Part shown: piece after piece, positions 1-10,346 of the stretch
Layout of the letters: the number at the start of each line of letters is the position of its first letter
Numbering within the stretch: position 1 is the first letter of the stretch
IMG/VR virus record: IMGVR_UViG_2531839014_000003
Span: 64,001-128,000 of that record
DNA from: a virus
Lineage: Duplodnaviria; Caudoviricetes
DNA length: 64,000 bases
Reading direction: 5' to 3' (one strand)
Notes under the pieces: model-generated
What the model was told of the DNA's origin: nothing
Databases searched by the model: none
What the model saw: only the letters and a program-made list of their open reading frames with translations
Made by a program: the position numbers and the translations under genes

Positions 1-298
1 AAATTTCTTCAGATTTTTTTTTGAGCCAGTCAACCTGCATGGTTAACTGACCAACCTTTTTAGCATACTCCGCCTTTTCCTTGCGTTCTTCAGCAAGCTT
101 GTCTTTGAGGTTTTCCTCACGCTTGTCATCGAACACTGAGGAAGCGTTGTTAAGGAATACTTTCTTCCAATTGCGGAGCAGATTTGGTTGGATGTTATTC
201 TCGGTTGCAAGGGAGTTTAGATCTTTCTCGCCCTTAAGCAGCTCGATTACTAGGTCTGATTTAAATTTGGCACTAAAATTTCTTCTTTGTCTGGACAT
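1..298 (-). CDS. IS3-family transposase OrfA (HTH), partial
   Basis: Minus-strand translation MSRQRRNFSAKFKSDLVIELLKGEKDLNSLATENNIQPNLLRNWKK...KVGQLTMQVDWLKKK is a typical IS3 OrfA; missing from the ORF track because it runs off the window. Confidence 0.85.
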   Translation of the reverse strand, partial: MSRQRRNFSAKFKSDLVIELLKGEKDLNSLATENNIQPNLLRNWKKVFLNNASSVFDDKREENLKDKLAEERKEKAEYAKKVGQLTMQVDWLKKKSEEI

Positions 299-389
299 AA
301 TGATGAATCCTCACTTTCATACTGATTTTAGTATATCAGATTCATTAATATTTGTCCGAAAAAGTGTCTTAATTTATGAGACCATTATA
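1..389 (-). mobile_element. IS3-family insertion sequence, left end (continues beyond window start)
   Basis: OrfA on minus strand; putative terminal repeat TATAATGGTCTCATAAATTAAGACAC starting at ~389; cuts into ORF 369..581. Confidence 0.75.
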
Positions 390-581
390 CTCAATCCCCA
401 AATCATTTTTAACCTTAATGCAGTCACCGTCGAAGCCAAGTAATTTATACTTTCTACCGGGAGTAAGATTAAATTCTTCTCCTCCTTCAGTAGCTTGAAT
501 ATATTCCCCAATAGAAACCAACTCCATAAAGTCCAAATCGGTTGTATACGGATTTAACGCTATTTTTCCATTTATTATCAC
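369..581 (-). pseudogene. Phage hypothetical gene truncated by the IS3 insertion
   Basis: Last residues (YNGLIN*) are read from the IS end. Confidence 0.6.
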
Positions 582-628
582 CTTAATTACACCTTCTCCT
601 TTTTTGATTTATTAGTTTCGTTTTTCTT

Positions 629-1108
629 CTATCCTTTAATAGACATCCCAAATTCTTGTTCATATGTGTTTATATCATCTCTCAACATGTTTTTAACTTC
701 TTCTATTGAAAGAACTTTTTCTATCATATATTTTCTATAGCCTATTTTTGAAAATAAGTTCATTCCTTCTGTTACTCTGACTAATATATAATTATTTCGC
801 TCGGTTTTCATTACATATTTCCGTTTAATGCCTAGATAACATATTGTATAATTTCCTTCTATATAATAAGTATCCAAACTATCATCGCTACCAAGACAGG
901 TTATACTAATAACAGAACATTTAGATGTGTCAAATAACTTATCATCAATTATCTTTTTATTATGATAAATATCTTCTATTTTATAGTTAGTTTTTACAAC
1001 ACGTATTTCTCCTTCTACATTTATATTTTTCGCTCTGTTGCTATTATCATTCTTAAATAAACTCTTTAATTTTTCTATAATTTCTCCCTCCATAAATCTT
1101 TGATTCAT
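629..1108 (-). CDS. Hypothetical phage protein
   Basis: 159-aa ORF co-oriented with neighbours. Confidence 0.6.
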   Translation of the reverse strand: MNQRFMEGEIIEKLKSLFKNDNSNRAKNINVEGEIRVVKTNYKIEDIYHNKKIIDDKLFDTSKCSVISITCLGSDDSLDTYYIEGNYTICYLGIKRKYVMKTERNNYILVRVTEGMNLFSKIGYRKYMIEKVLSIEEVKNMLRDDINTYEQEFGMSIKG

Positions 1109-1344
1109 CTGTTAATTTAATCTAATAATTAAATATTTATCAGGATATTTACCAGTTGCCTCAAATATTCCTTCTATGCCAAATGCTTCAAATACTATTC
1201 TTCCTTTCTTAGTTTCAATTTTTATCTTTTCATCCATTGGATAATTTAATAACTCTTTAATAGCATCTTTGACTGTTATATCCATACCATATACTCCTTA
1301 GATTAACTTGAAATCACGGTTTGGTTCGTTTTCAAAATGTCAGT

Positions 1345-1662
1345 TTAATGTGTCAATGATGACTTACTTACCAACCCAATTTTTCCCATTTTTTTCATAA
1401 ATAACTTCATTTCGTAATATGTAAGTCCGGCACAGGTGTTGCCAATCTTCTTATTGTTCATTTCTTTATCATATGACTGAATAATGTGTTTACCTGATTT
1501 TTTATGTAATAAATCAACGCATTGTGTATACTTATATTTTTTATTGTATCTTTCGTAACAGGCTCCGTATTCATCGTCTGATACCTTTGTAAATCCAATT
1601 TCTTCTAACTTGTCATCAATATTTTTAAATAATTTCATCATGTATTCCTCTTTCTCCGACAC
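1345..1662 (-). CDS. Hypothetical phage protein (start probably at the internal MM)
   Basis: ORF with SD; stop lies in a junction motif. Confidence 0.65.
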   Translation of the reverse strand: MSEKEEYMMKLFKNIDDKLEEIGFTKVSDDEYGACYERYNKKYKYTQCVDLLHKKSGKHIIQSYDKEMNNKKIGNTCAGLTYYEMKLFMKKMGKIGLVSKSSLTH

Positions 1663-1682
1663 TCAGCAGTCGGCTGCTAATA

Positions 1683-1922
1683 TTAATTTTGCCGCTTAAT
1701 CAACGTAGCAACATAACTACTCCGCTTTTCACCTGTAGCAAGCTCAATCTTTACCAACCCACGGTGCTCCAACGCCTTCATGGTGTCAGTTCTAATGGTT
1801 TGCCCCGGCAAATTATAGGCCCCCCAAAACGACCAATTAGGGAGTTCACATAAATAAAATTCTTCTTGTTTCATAAGTTCCACGGCTTGTTCCATTCTTT
1901 TTGATAGTTTCAAGCTTTTCAT
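1683..1922 (-). CDS. Hypothetical protein, possible winged helix
   Basis: TMKALEHRGLVKI resembles a wHTH recognition helix and wing. Confidence 0.55.
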   Translation of the reverse strand: MKSLKLSKRMEQAVELMKQEEFYLCELPNWSFWGAYNLPGQTIRTDTMKALEHRGLVKIELATGEKRSSYVATLIKRQN

Positions 1923-2113
1923 TTCATAACTGACTCTGCTTCACGGTCTAAATCTAAAACAGCAACACCATCACTGTATCCAACATCAGCAAGACCATTA
2001 ACACTATATTTGTCCATGGTTAATCCCCAACCAACACTCGGATATAAATGGACTGCTTTTACCTCAAATTCTGGATTCTCCAACAACTTTTCCGCCAATT
2101 CTTTCGCTTTCAT
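1919..2113 (-). CDS. Hypothetical phage protein
   Basis: GGAGG SD before MKAKELAEKLL. Confidence 0.6.
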   Translation of the reverse strand: MKAKELAEKLLENPEFEVKAVHLYPSVGWGLTMDKYSVNGLADVGYSDGVAVLDLDREAESVMK

Positions 2114-2519
2114 GTATTCCTCCAAATTTTAATTTTCAAGATCATCTTGGTTTATATTTTTCCAACCAAAACAAATCGTACACCAATGTCATTGTGATAA
2201 TTAGCTCTTTTACGCTCTCCTCGTGATTTTTGATGGCTGACCTGTGCCCATATGTTATTAGGAGTAGTACCAAATAGTTCAGCCAAATTTTTAGCGGTAT
2301 CTGGATGAGCCAGAGGCAACTCATATCTATCTGGTGTTACTTACTGCCATATACAACTTCATATCAATACCTCCTGTTTTAACTGTCCACATTCAACCAT
2401 CTCATCTTCCGTACCTTTATAAGGCCAATTTGTTTCCCTCAGTTCCTGTTCCTCAGCTGAACAATAGTATTCACAGTATCCTCTGCTACACCATTCACAC
2501 CGGATATTTACCTGGCTAA

Positions 2520-3950
2520 TCATGCAGCAACCCCTTTCTTGTTCAAATACTTCTCCAAATCTTGCTTCATATGTAAAAAATTCTTCTGCTGATCTATAAA
2601 ATATGTATTATTATTCTTGGCATACTCTAACATCCATTCATCCAGATCGATGTCAATTTCGATTGAATAAGCCACCAGAGCTACCAATGATAATCTGTTA
2701 TCCGGATTCAATAGCTTTGAGCCATCTTTTATTGTTCTATCCTCCAGGTCGTCAAGCATCTGGTTATAAAAGTCCATATCGTTTCTAACTGATTCGATGT
2801 TTAGTCCAACATTTCTAGCTATAAACTGTTCTGGTGCTATTTTACAATTCTCCCTTTTTGGTTCTTCAATATGTAAGAAATCCATCATCAGTTTTTCAAG
2901 TAATACCAATTTTCTTTTGATTACTGCCTTATCCTTAGTGGCCCTATTGGCATTAATTTCGTCAAAGGATACGCCATCTATTACCTTACTGTGCAATTCA
3001 ATATTAAAAGCGTCTATAAATGTTATGAATCTTTCACTTCTAGACTCTAGACTGTTAAATCTATGTAATAGCGTAAACCAAATAAATGCATCTTTTGCAG
3101 TGAAGATCTGAGCATATGATGCCAGTCCCATATTAAATGCCTTATCTAATATGATATTCACCATATCAAACTCTTCGTCGGCGGCATGTTCATTTAAATA
3201 CATTCCCATCTTTTTACTTTGCTTCTGCCAATCATCTAAATGGAACATAGTCATTGCCGTTTCACAAATAACCCGTTCATAAACTCCGTTCTTTTTCTCT
3301 TTCTCTGTAAAGCCTTCGCACTCTGTAAAAAACTTATGTTCAGTAATAGTTCTAATCCGCCTAGCATACTTATCTACAAATGTAAATGCTGTTTGTGCAG
3401 CATTCATAGCTTTATGATTATTGTATCGGCGTACTAGTTCTGAAATTTTTAACATTGTGCAATGCTGATGGATAACTGTCTTTATCTGGTACTTGTCAAA
3501 CTCCTTTTGAAGTTCCTTTGGAAGAGTTTCAAAGGTCTTACCTACCAAATTACACACTTTAGTTTCATATACAAAATTTCCATCTTCATCTTTTACAAAT
3601 TCACCCTGGTCATCAACACACTTGACCTGATATTCTACAGTTTTATGAGCTTCTGATATTGAAGAAGTGATTTTATAATTACCAAAGCGAAAGAGGATAA
3701 AACTTGATGTTCTTTGGACACCATCAACTAGCCATAGCTGAGTCATCCCACCTTCTAAATCCTCTTCTCCAATAATAATTGGGAGGATATAATCTCTGGT
3801 AAGAACCGTGTAAACCAGTTCATTAATCATACTTGTATCCCACTGCCCCGATAATCGTTGCACATCCTGGTCTTCTCTTATATCTTCCTCCCTAGTGGCG
3901 TCTAAATACGCAGAAAGTGAATAGGTGTGTTCCCTAATAGGTTCTACCAT
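2520..3950 (-). CDS. DUF262 (ParB/GmrS-like) domain protein
   Basis: QR...W and LVDGVQR motifs, N-terminal DUF262. Confidence 0.8.
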   Translation of the reverse strand: MVEPIREHTYSLSAYLDATREEDIREDQDVQRLSGQWDTSMINELVYTVLTRDYILPIIIGEEDLEGGMTQLWLVDGVQRTSSFILFRFGNYKITSSISEAHKTVEYQVKCVDDQGEFVKDEDGNFVYETKVCNLVGKTFETLPKELQKEFDKYQIKTVIHQHCTMLKISELVRRYNNHKAMNAAQTAFTFVDKYARRIRTITEHKFFTECEGFTEKEKKNGVYERVICETAMTMFHLDDWQKQSKKMGMYLNEHAADEEFDMVNIILDKAFNMGLASYAQIFTAKDAFIWFTLLHRFNSLESRSERFITFIDAFNIELHSKVIDGVSFDEINANRATKDKAVIKRKLVLLEKLMMDFLHIEEPKRENCKIAPEQFIARNVGLNIESVRNDMDFYNQMLDDLEDRTIKDGSKLLNPDNRLSLVALVAYSIEIDIDLDEWMLEYAKNNNTYFIDQQKNFLHMKQDLEKYLNKKGVAA

Positions 3951-3970
3951 GTATAAATCCTCCCAATAGT

Positions 3971-4645
3971 TTATAATAATATTTTTATGTTTTTATACGA
4001 CCGGATTGCCATCATGCAATCTGAATATTCTTTCTCTGAAATATGTAATAAATCTTTTATCTCTGACGGTTTATATCCATCAGATAAATAACCAGCAACT
4101 TGCCTCTGTTTTTTTGATAGCTTTTCAAGATATTTTTCCATCTTACTGTCAGACGAAATACCAATTTCTTCAGCCAGTTCCGCTTCAATGTCAAAATCTG
4201 ATGGAAGCATATCTGCAAGCGTTGACTCGCTCTCATCTCCAATCGGAGCATCAATAGAAATATCTGCAATAACTACATATTTTTGCTTTCCATTCTTGTC
4301 TTTAACAAGGTTTCCGTCTTTATCTCTTTCCTCGGTTAAATTACAGCGCTTAAATCTGCGATTATCTCTTGTCCAATCATAAAAGGCACGGTTGATATTG
4401 CCTTTCAAATATGTGCCAAACTGACTCCCCTTTGATTCATCATAGGTTCCGAGACTTTCCAATAATGTATCAGATGCAACATCATACAATTCATCGTAGT
4501 CCATAAGTGGTACACCCTTGCGATAAATTATAGGGTCACAAATCTTTCTAAGCATCGCCATGTTGTTATTATGGTAATAATTAATTGTGTCTTGTTGTTG
4601 TGGCGTCAAACTAGCAAATAACTGTTGTTGTTTCGTCAAGTCCAT
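3971..4645 (-). CDS. Phage sigma-70 family RNA polymerase sigma factor
   Basis: Region 2-like YDESKGSQFGTYL, SIDAPI linker, region 4 HTH LSKKQRQV...GYKPSEIKDLL. Confidence 0.85.
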   Translation of the reverse strand: MDLTKQQQLFASLTPQQQDTINYYHNNNMAMLRKICDPIIYRKGVPLMDYDELYDVASDTLLESLGTYDESKGSQFGTYLKGNINRAFYDWTRDNRRFKRCNLTEERDKDGNLVKDKNGKQKYVVIADISIDAPIGDESESTLADMLPSDFDIEAELAEEIGISSDSKMEKYLEKLSKKQRQVAGYLSDGYKPSEIKDLLHISEKEYSDCMMAIRSYKNIKILL

Positions 4646-4667
4646 AAGAAAACTCCTTAGATATGTA

Positions 4668-5324
4668 CTAATAGCCCTTTAAAAGCTGTTCCATCATGTC
4701 ATAGTATTTAGTTCTCCCTTTGTAGGGTGAATATTTTGATTTTGATAGTTCTGTTTTAATCTTGCCTATCGACCATTGCTCTTTCAATGCCCGTGTCAGA
4801 ACCTCTATGTATACTATCGATTGTTTAATGTCTCGTCGCTTCTCCTTAAGTTCATTCCTGATTTTGTCCACCTTGGTCATTACATGAGCCGGCGGCCGAT
4901 GGCCCATCCTGGCATGATCAATATCGGATAGCGCACTATCGTAAAATGATAAACCCTGTTTTAAAGTAGCGTTGTATGTATTGAGCTGAGTGATATCCCA
5001 TGCGGCCAAGCCTGTGATAGCCCCAATTTCCATATCAACCTTATCAATTATGGAATCATCAAACTCAATACTCTTTTGGTCTTTGAAAATCCCTTCATTG
5101 CTAAATTCGGGAACGTTAGGTTCCTTTTCACTACTATCCATATCAACCATATAAAAATGTCCTGATTGAATCCATGACAACCCTTTTTTATTTGTCCGAA
5201 GTAAATTTCTGGCCTGTTTAAACGTAAACCGCTTTGCGTGGTTTGGAGATGTCGATGACCTATAATCACCGCACCTCATTGGATTTTCCATTATGTAGTC
5301 CTTGCCATTAGTTAAAATATACGT
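4668..5324 (-). CDS. Hypothetical phage protein (SD-matched start appears to be ACG at 5324; ATG at 5291)
   Basis: Frame open to 5324 with GAAAGGA SD upstream. Confidence 0.65.
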   Translation of the reverse strand, partial: TYILTNGKDYIMENPMRCGDYRSSTSPNHAKRFTFKQARNLLRTNKKGLSWIQSGHFYMVDMDSSEKEPNVPEFSNEGIFKDQKSIEFDDSIIDKVDMEIGAITGLAAWDITQLNTYNATLKQGLSFYDSALSDIDHARMGHRPPAHVMTKVDKIRNELKEKRRDIKQSIVYIEVLTRALKEQWSIGKIKTELSKSKYSPYKGRTKYYDMMEQLLKGY

Positions 5325-5366
5325 ATCACATCATTCCTTTCCTTAAAAATTGGTACAAAAAGTTAA

Positions 5367-5438
5367 TGGGGCTAGGTAGATTCGAACTGCCGGATGCAGG
5401 AGTCAAAGTCCTGTGCCTTACCACTTGGCGATAGCCCT
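5367..5438 (-). tRNA. tRNA-Gln(TTG)
   Basis: Cloverleaf: GGGCTA/TAGCCC acceptor, CAGGA-CTTTGAC-TCCTG anticodon arm, GTTCGAAT T loop. Confidence 0.9.
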
Positions 5439-5490
5439 ATAATTATTATTCTCTTTTAGTTGGAACTTAATGGATTTGTAGCAGAAACGC

Positions 5491-5636
5491 TTGACAATAA
5501 TAATACAAATATGTAATAATGACGTTGTGTAGCTTCTGCTATGCAGCACTATCATGTCTCCAAACACGTTAGTGCAATAAGGTTATGTAAGACTCGTCCA
5601 AGGTGCTCCAACACCGTTTGAGGACGAGTCTTTTTA
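5491..5636 (+). ncRNA. Candidate ~110-nt antisense sRNA with own sigma-A promoter and terminator
   Basis: TTGACA at 5491, ~17 bp, TAATAAT; ends in AAGACTCGTCC...GGACGAGTCTT hairpin plus T-run; no ORF. Confidence 0.5.
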
Positions 5637-5681
5637 TATAATAAATATCTCCGCATTAGTGAAGATATTCTTGTTACGGTT

Positions 5682-5732
5682 ATTATAATCCAAACATATG
5701 TTTGTGTCAATCCCCGAAAAGAACATTTGTTC
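5682..5732 (-). promoter_or_regulatory. Consensus sigma-A promoter with LexA/DinR SOS boxes
   Basis: TTGACA(5710-5705)-17-TATAAT(5687-5682); GAAC-ATTT-GTTC at 5721-5732; AAAC-ATAT-GTTT inside the spacer. Confidence 0.75.
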
Positions 5733-5742
5733 GAATATCGTT

Positions 5743-6051
5743 TTAGTAACCTAACATTATAGTTTTCATCACCCCCTTGGGTTTAATATTATATATATCT
5801 GGTTGGAATACACTATGAATATCCACATGAGATAAGTATTGATTACCTGTATATATAATGCACTTTGACTCGTTCGCCATGACATTAATCACTTGTTTAT
5901 TTACTTTATCAGTGTTTGAAATTTTTTGTCCACTATCAAAATTTATTGTGTATACATCAAATACAGTATCATCATCATACTCTTCTTTTATCATACTTAT
6001 AAATTCTCTTTTATTCATTCTTCTATACTGTTCCATAACTGATTGCTCCAT
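5743..6051 (-). CDS. Hypothetical protein downstream of mazF
   Basis: ORF overlapping the MazF 3' end. Confidence 0.6.
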   Translation of the reverse strand: MEQSVMEQYRRMNKREFISMIKEEYDDDTVFDVYTINFDSGQKISNTDKVNKQVINVMANESKCIIYTGNQYLSHVDIHSVFQPDIYNIKPKGVMKTIMLGY

Positions 6052-6397
6052 TCCTTCTCGGCAAATTTCTCAAATATACTCCAATAACCTTATTACATTC
6101 ATCCTCACTAAGGGAACCTAGTTTATATAATACCATTGATTTATCTATTACTCGGACCTGTTCCCCCAATATCAGCGAATCGTTTTTTAAACCATTGCTT
6201 ACAGATTTATGTAAGATGTCGTGTACTGGCATATTTACTTTTTTCAATTCAGATGTGAAAGGTATTACAATCGTAGTAGGGCTGTATTTATTTCCAACAT
6301 CATTCTGAATGATTGCGCATGGCCGCACATTGCCTTGAACAGATCCAGTAGTCTTGCCAAAATCAACCTGAACAACATCACCGAATCTAATATCCAT
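6023..6397 (-). CDS. mazF: PemK/MazF family endoribonuclease toxin
   Basis: GSVQGNVRPCAIIQNDVGNKYSPTTIVIPFTS and EQVRVIDKS motifs. Confidence 0.9.
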   Translation of the reverse strand: MDIRFGDVVQVDFGKTTGSVQGNVRPCAIIQNDVGNKYSPTTIVIPFTSELKKVNMPVHDILHKSVSNGLKNDSLILGEQVRVIDKSMVLYKLGSLSEDECNKVIGVYLRNLPRRNGAISYGTV

Positions 6398-6542
6398 ACC
6401 TTTACCTCCCTTCTTCTTATGTATGCCCTACTTTAAATACTATATTATTGATTATATCATATACGATATATATTGTCAACGATATATTGATTAAAGTATA
6501 TATTTTTGATAATATATATCGTAGATGATAAAGGAGCAGTGT

Positions 6543-6761
6543 ATGAAAATTAAAATAGACCAAGTTCTCGACCAAAGGGGACGATCCCGTTTCTGGTTGT
6601 CCGAGCAAACAGGTATTACTTATCCAAATATACGTAATTTATGTAATAATACAACATCTAGTATTAAGTTTGAAGTGATGCAGAAAATATGTGATGTACT
6701 TGACTGTAATGTTGAAGATATATTAGAAAAGGATATAAATAAAAGAGACACTGGTGAATAA
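6543..6761 (+). CDS. Cro/C1-type HTH regulator
   Basis: WLSEQTGITYPNIRNLCNN...KICDVLDCNVEDILE; AAGGAG SD before ATG 6543. Confidence 0.85.
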   Translation: MKIKIDQVLDQRGRSRFWLSEQTGITYPNIRNLCNNTTSSIKFEVMQKICDVLDCNVEDILEKDINKRDTGE

Positions 6762-6777
6762 ACCACTGTCTCTTTTT
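6741..6777. terminator. Bidirectional intrinsic terminator
   Basis: AAAGAGACA-C-TGGT...ACCA-C-TGTCTCTTT hairpin between convergent genes. Confidence 0.65.
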
Positions 6778-6791
6778 ATTATAATCATATA

Positions 6792-7361
6792 TTATTCTTC
6801 AACTCCATCAAATATATCGGCCAATGTCATTGATATGTTGGGAAATCCTCGTAAAGTAATTATCACATCTGCATTATAGTGTTCATTTCCGTCTTCATCC
6901 TCCAGAATATAACTATAATTCAATACATACTTTCCGTCTTCAAGATAGTATATTTGAACAGCTCGTTCTTTTGGAGAAACAATCCAATATTCCTCTACGC
7001 CGCATGATTCATAAATATCTTTTTTGACTGTCATGTCTCTCATTGAAGTGGCCGGACTTAGAGTCTCAACAACAAACTTAGGAACCCCTGTATATGCGCT
7101 GCCCTCCAGATGTTTCCGATCACATACAATCATAATGTCTGGGATGATATAATCATCGTTAATATCCGGATGATACCTGTAATCAAGATTTTCCATAAAG
7201 ACTCTACAAATATTTCCCTTTAATCCATTGAATATATTCGCATGAATATTACCATTCACAATCCCATGTCGATAATTCGCACTTGGTGACATACTGTAAA
7301 TAATACCATTTATTTTTTCCTCTTTCCTATACTCTTCCTTAAGCATTGGCATTAACATCAC
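6792..7361 (-). CDS. Uma2 family (DUF820) endonuclease
   Basis: EKINGIIYSMSPS, PDIMIV, VETLSPAT, GVEEYWIV motifs. Confidence 0.9.
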   Translation of the reverse strand: MMLMPMLKEEYRKEEKINGIIYSMSPSANYRHGIVNGNIHANIFNGLKGNICRVFMENLDYRYHPDINDDYIIPDIMIVCDRKHLEGSAYTGVPKFVVETLSPATSMRDMTVKKDIYESCGVEEYWIVSPKERAVQIYYLEDGKYVLNYSYILEDEDGNEHYNADVIITLRGFPNISMTLADIFDGVEE

Positions 7362-7426
7362 CCCTTTCTTCTATAAGTATACCACAAGACTAAAGGAATT
7401 AAAACAATTCTTTCACTCGATACTCT

Positions 7427-8350
7427 CTAACTTGCATTATGTAAATTCTCTTTAGGTGTTGTTTGTTGGAACATCTCTGTGGGAGATTGCTTATATGCTT
7501 CGCACATTGCGCAAAACACTTTTAGTACCTCCTTCCATTCGCCTTCATCAATCCATTGTATGTAAGGTGTTCTGCCACGCTGCTTTAGATAAATACTATA
7601 TTTGTACTGAAGATTCTTATATAATTCATTCCAAATCTTACTAAAATGAATTCCGGTCACAGAAGCAAGTTTTCTTACTCCAGCATTAAGTCTGTTCCTA
7701 TCGTTCCATTCTAATATCTCACCAGCAAGTCCTTTATTGTCATTTTCCAGCTTTTCAATATGGCGATTCTTAAAAGCGATAAGATTGGTTGAAGCAATAG
7801 CAACAGCATTAGCATCTCCACTTGCTACAGCCCGGCCAACCTCCATCATAAGACTCTGTTCTTCTTCAATATCTGCTACTTTTAATTCTATTGATGCTTT
7901 TTCTTCAATATTAAGGAGCTGTGTTCTAACTTCCTTTGCTATTTCTGAGTCTCTTAATAGCATTCCCACACGAAGAATGGCTCTTCGGGGAAATACTTTC
8001 TGTCCTCTTGTTGGAAAATCTATTATAGTTCCATCTTTAAATATGAAAGTCACTTTTCCTTTAGCTGTTTTCAAACTTTCATATTGCAAGTTTGAAAAAT
8101 CCTTGTATGATTTATTACACATACCATCAACTAATAATTCGTCAGAATGCCTTGAATATATTGCAACAATAGCATCCTCTCCTACCTCATAGTAATCAGC
8201 AACTTGCTTTACTGTTTGAAATTCAGTTCCTGGTAAAAACATTAGTTGCTTTACCTTGTCCAATACCTCAATCCTTTCGGCATATGTATCCCTTAATTTC
8301 TTGTCATTCAGTAATTTGCTTTCATTTTCGATTTTACTCTCTTTTTTCAT
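7427..8350 (-). CDS. Phage DNA-binding/antirepressor-like protein
   Basis: TVKQVADYYEV and RAILRVGMLLRDSEIAKEVR resemble KilA-N/ORF6N-like phage proteins. Confidence 0.55.
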   Translation of the reverse strand: MKKESKIENESKLLNDKKLRDTYAERIEVLDKVKQLMFLPGTEFQTVKQVADYYEVGEDAIVAIYSRHSDELLVDGMCNKSYKDFSNLQYESLKTAKGKVTFIFKDGTIIDFPTRGQKVFPRRAILRVGMLLRDSEIAKEVRTQLLNIEEKASIELKVADIEEEQSLMMEVGRAVASGDANAVAIASTNLIAFKNRHIEKLENDNKGLAGEILEWNDRNRLNAGVRKLASVTGIHFSKIWNELYKNLQYKYSIYLKQRGRTPYIQWIDEGEWKEVLKVFCAMCEAYKQSPTEMFQQTTPKENLHNAS

Positions 8351-8651
8351 AACATCTTTCCCTTTCCTTTAAACTATGTTGATAGCGTTCTATATGGTTA
8401 TTCTCCATATCTGCTCGCACACTATCGAGAGTATTCCAACTCTATCACGACAACCATTTCAGGTGGTCAGCCCATTACAAATTGTCAAAGTGCGGGAATT
8501 TGAGAAAATTGACTTGAAATAGTCCAGAAAGTAAGATAAAATAAGTGTGACTGGATATATTCCAAGTACGCTGAATAGTGGTTTCTATTCTTTGGTCGGA
8601 GCAGAGCCACTATTCTTAAGACAAACTTGCTTGCCATTTGAATACAAAACC

Positions 8652-8680
8652 ATTGTATGCGATTTGCAAGCAAAAGTCAA
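8652..8680 (-). promoter_or_regulatory. Sigma-A promoter upstream of 7427..8350
   Basis: TTGACT-17-TACAAT. Confidence 0.65.
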
Positions 8681-8690
8681 GAGGTGTCTT

Positions 8691-8942
8691 ATGTTTTTTT
8701 TCTTTTATCCACCATCATTTGCAACAAGACTTAATGAATTACGTGTAAGTAGGAATCTCACAATGGAACAATTAGGTAAAGATCTCAGTACAACGCGTGG
8801 TACAATTAGTAATTTTGAAAATGAACAACGAAAACCAAGCCTTGATATGGTAATTAGAATAGCTGATTATTTTCAGGTCTCAATTGACTATTTAGTAGGT
8901 CGTACTAATGATCCAACATTCCATCGTACAAAAAAGGACTGA
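8691..8942 (+). CDS. XRE-family HTH repressor
   Basis: LTMEQLGKDLSTTRGTISNFENEQRKPS...IADYFQVSIDYLVGR; GAGGTG SD before ATG 8691. Confidence 0.88.
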   Translation: MFFFFYPPSFATRLNELRVSRNLTMEQLGKDLSTTRGTISNFENEQRKPSLDMVIRIADYFQVSIDYLVGRTNDPTFHRTKKD

Positions 8943-9056
8943 TGAATTTCAGTCCTTTTATTACCAATTTTGAGAGTATGAAAGTTTTTCTGTAAATAGC
9001 TATTAAGCATTAGGTCTTCTATGATAAAATCTATTATCATAAGGAGGCCTATTATT

Positions 9057-10301
9057 ATGGCAAGAAGAGAAAAACAGCCCGTACACAAAGTAGTCATGAC
9101 GGAGGGGAAAAGGAACATCGTCCATCAGCTCCTGGAAGAGTATGACATCCAGACTGCGGAGGATATCCAGGAAGCCCTCAAAGACCTGCTGGGGAGCACC
9201 CTGAAGGAGATGATGGAAGCGGAGATGGATGAGCATCTCGGCTATGGGAGGTCAGAACGGTCGGATTCGGATGATTACCGCAATGGCTACAAGCCCAAGC
9301 GGATCAACAGCAGCTTCGGGAGCATGGACATCCAGGTGCCCCAGGACAGGAAGTCCACGTTTGAACCCCAGGTGGTAAGAAAGCGCCAGAAGGACATTTC
9401 CGGCATTGACCAGAAGATCATATCCATGTATGCAAAAGGCATGACAACCCGCCAAATCTCGGATACCTTGATGGACATTTATGGTTTTGAGGCTTCGGAA
9501 GGGTTCATCTCGGACGTGACGGACAAGATACTGCCGCAGATTGAAGACTGGCAGAACCGCCCGCTGGAGGAAGTCTATCCCGTGGTCTACATCGACGCAA
9601 TCCATTATTCCGTGCGGGAGGACGGGGTAATCCGCAAGCTTGCCGCCTATGTCATCCTCGGCCTTACGCTGGAAGGTAAAAAGGAAGTCCTGAGCATACA
9701 GATCGGGGAGAATGAAAGCTCCAAGTACTGGCTCTGCGTTCTGAACGAGTTGAAGAACCGCGGTGTGAAGGATATCCTCATTCTCTGCTCGGACGGGCTC
9801 ACGGGCATTAAGGAAGCCATAACGGCGGCATTCCCGAAGACGGAGCAGCAGCGCTGCATCGTACATATGGTACGGAACACGCTGAAATACGTCTCCGACA
9901 AGGACCGGAAAGCATTTGCCACGGACCTGAAAACCATCTACCATGCCGCAAACGAGGAAAAGGCGCTGGAGGCGCTGGAGAAGGTGACGGAAAAGTGGAC
10001 GCCAAAGTACCCCAACTCAATGAAACGCTGGCATGACAACTGGGATGTGGTATCCCCCATCTTCAAGTTTTCCATGGAGGTCAGGAAGGTGATCTATACT
10101 ACCAACGCGATCGAGAGCCTCAACTCTACCTACCGGAAGCTCAACCGCCAGCGGAGCGTGTTCCCGGGCAGCACGTCGCTCTTAAAGGCTCTGTACCTGG
10201 CCACGTTCGAGGCGACGAAGAAGTGGACCATGCCCATCCGCAACTGGGGGCAGGTCTATGGGGAACTGTCCATTATGTACGAAGGCAGACTGCCGGAATA
10301 A
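9057..10301 (+). CDS. IS256-family (Mutator) transposase
   Basis: YIDAI, SDGLTG, QQRCIVH, YTTNAIES motifs; AAGGAGG SD before ATG 9057. Confidence 0.95.
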   Translation: MARREKQPVHKVVMTEGKRNIVHQLLEEYDIQTAEDIQEALKDLLGSTLKEMMEAEMDEHLGYGRSERSDSDDYRNGYKPKRINSSFGSMDIQVPQDRKSTFEPQVVRKRQKDISGIDQKIISMYAKGMTTRQISDTLMDIYGFEASEGFISDVTDKILPQIEDWQNRPLEEVYPVVYIDAIHYSVREDGVIRKLAAYVILGLTLEGKKEVLSIQIGENESSKYWLCVLNELKNRGVKDILILCSDGLTGIKEAITAAFPKTEQQRCIVHMVRNTLKYVSDKDRKAFATDLKTIYHAANEEKALEALEKVTEKWTPKYPNSMKRWHDNWDVVSPIFKFSMEVRKVIYTTNAIESLNSTYRKLNRQRSVFPGSTSLLKALYLATFEATKKWTMPIRNWGQVYGELSIMYEGRLPE

Positions 10302-10346
10302 GAGCGCACAGGCATAGGTGTACACCTATCCGGAAAGGAGCTTTCC

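Noticed and set aside
81..443. 120-aa plus-strand ORF
   Set aside because: Antisense shadow of IS3 OrfA
9252..9944. 230-aa minus-strand ORF and other overlapping ORFs inside IS256
   Set aside because: Antisense shadows of the GC-rich transposase
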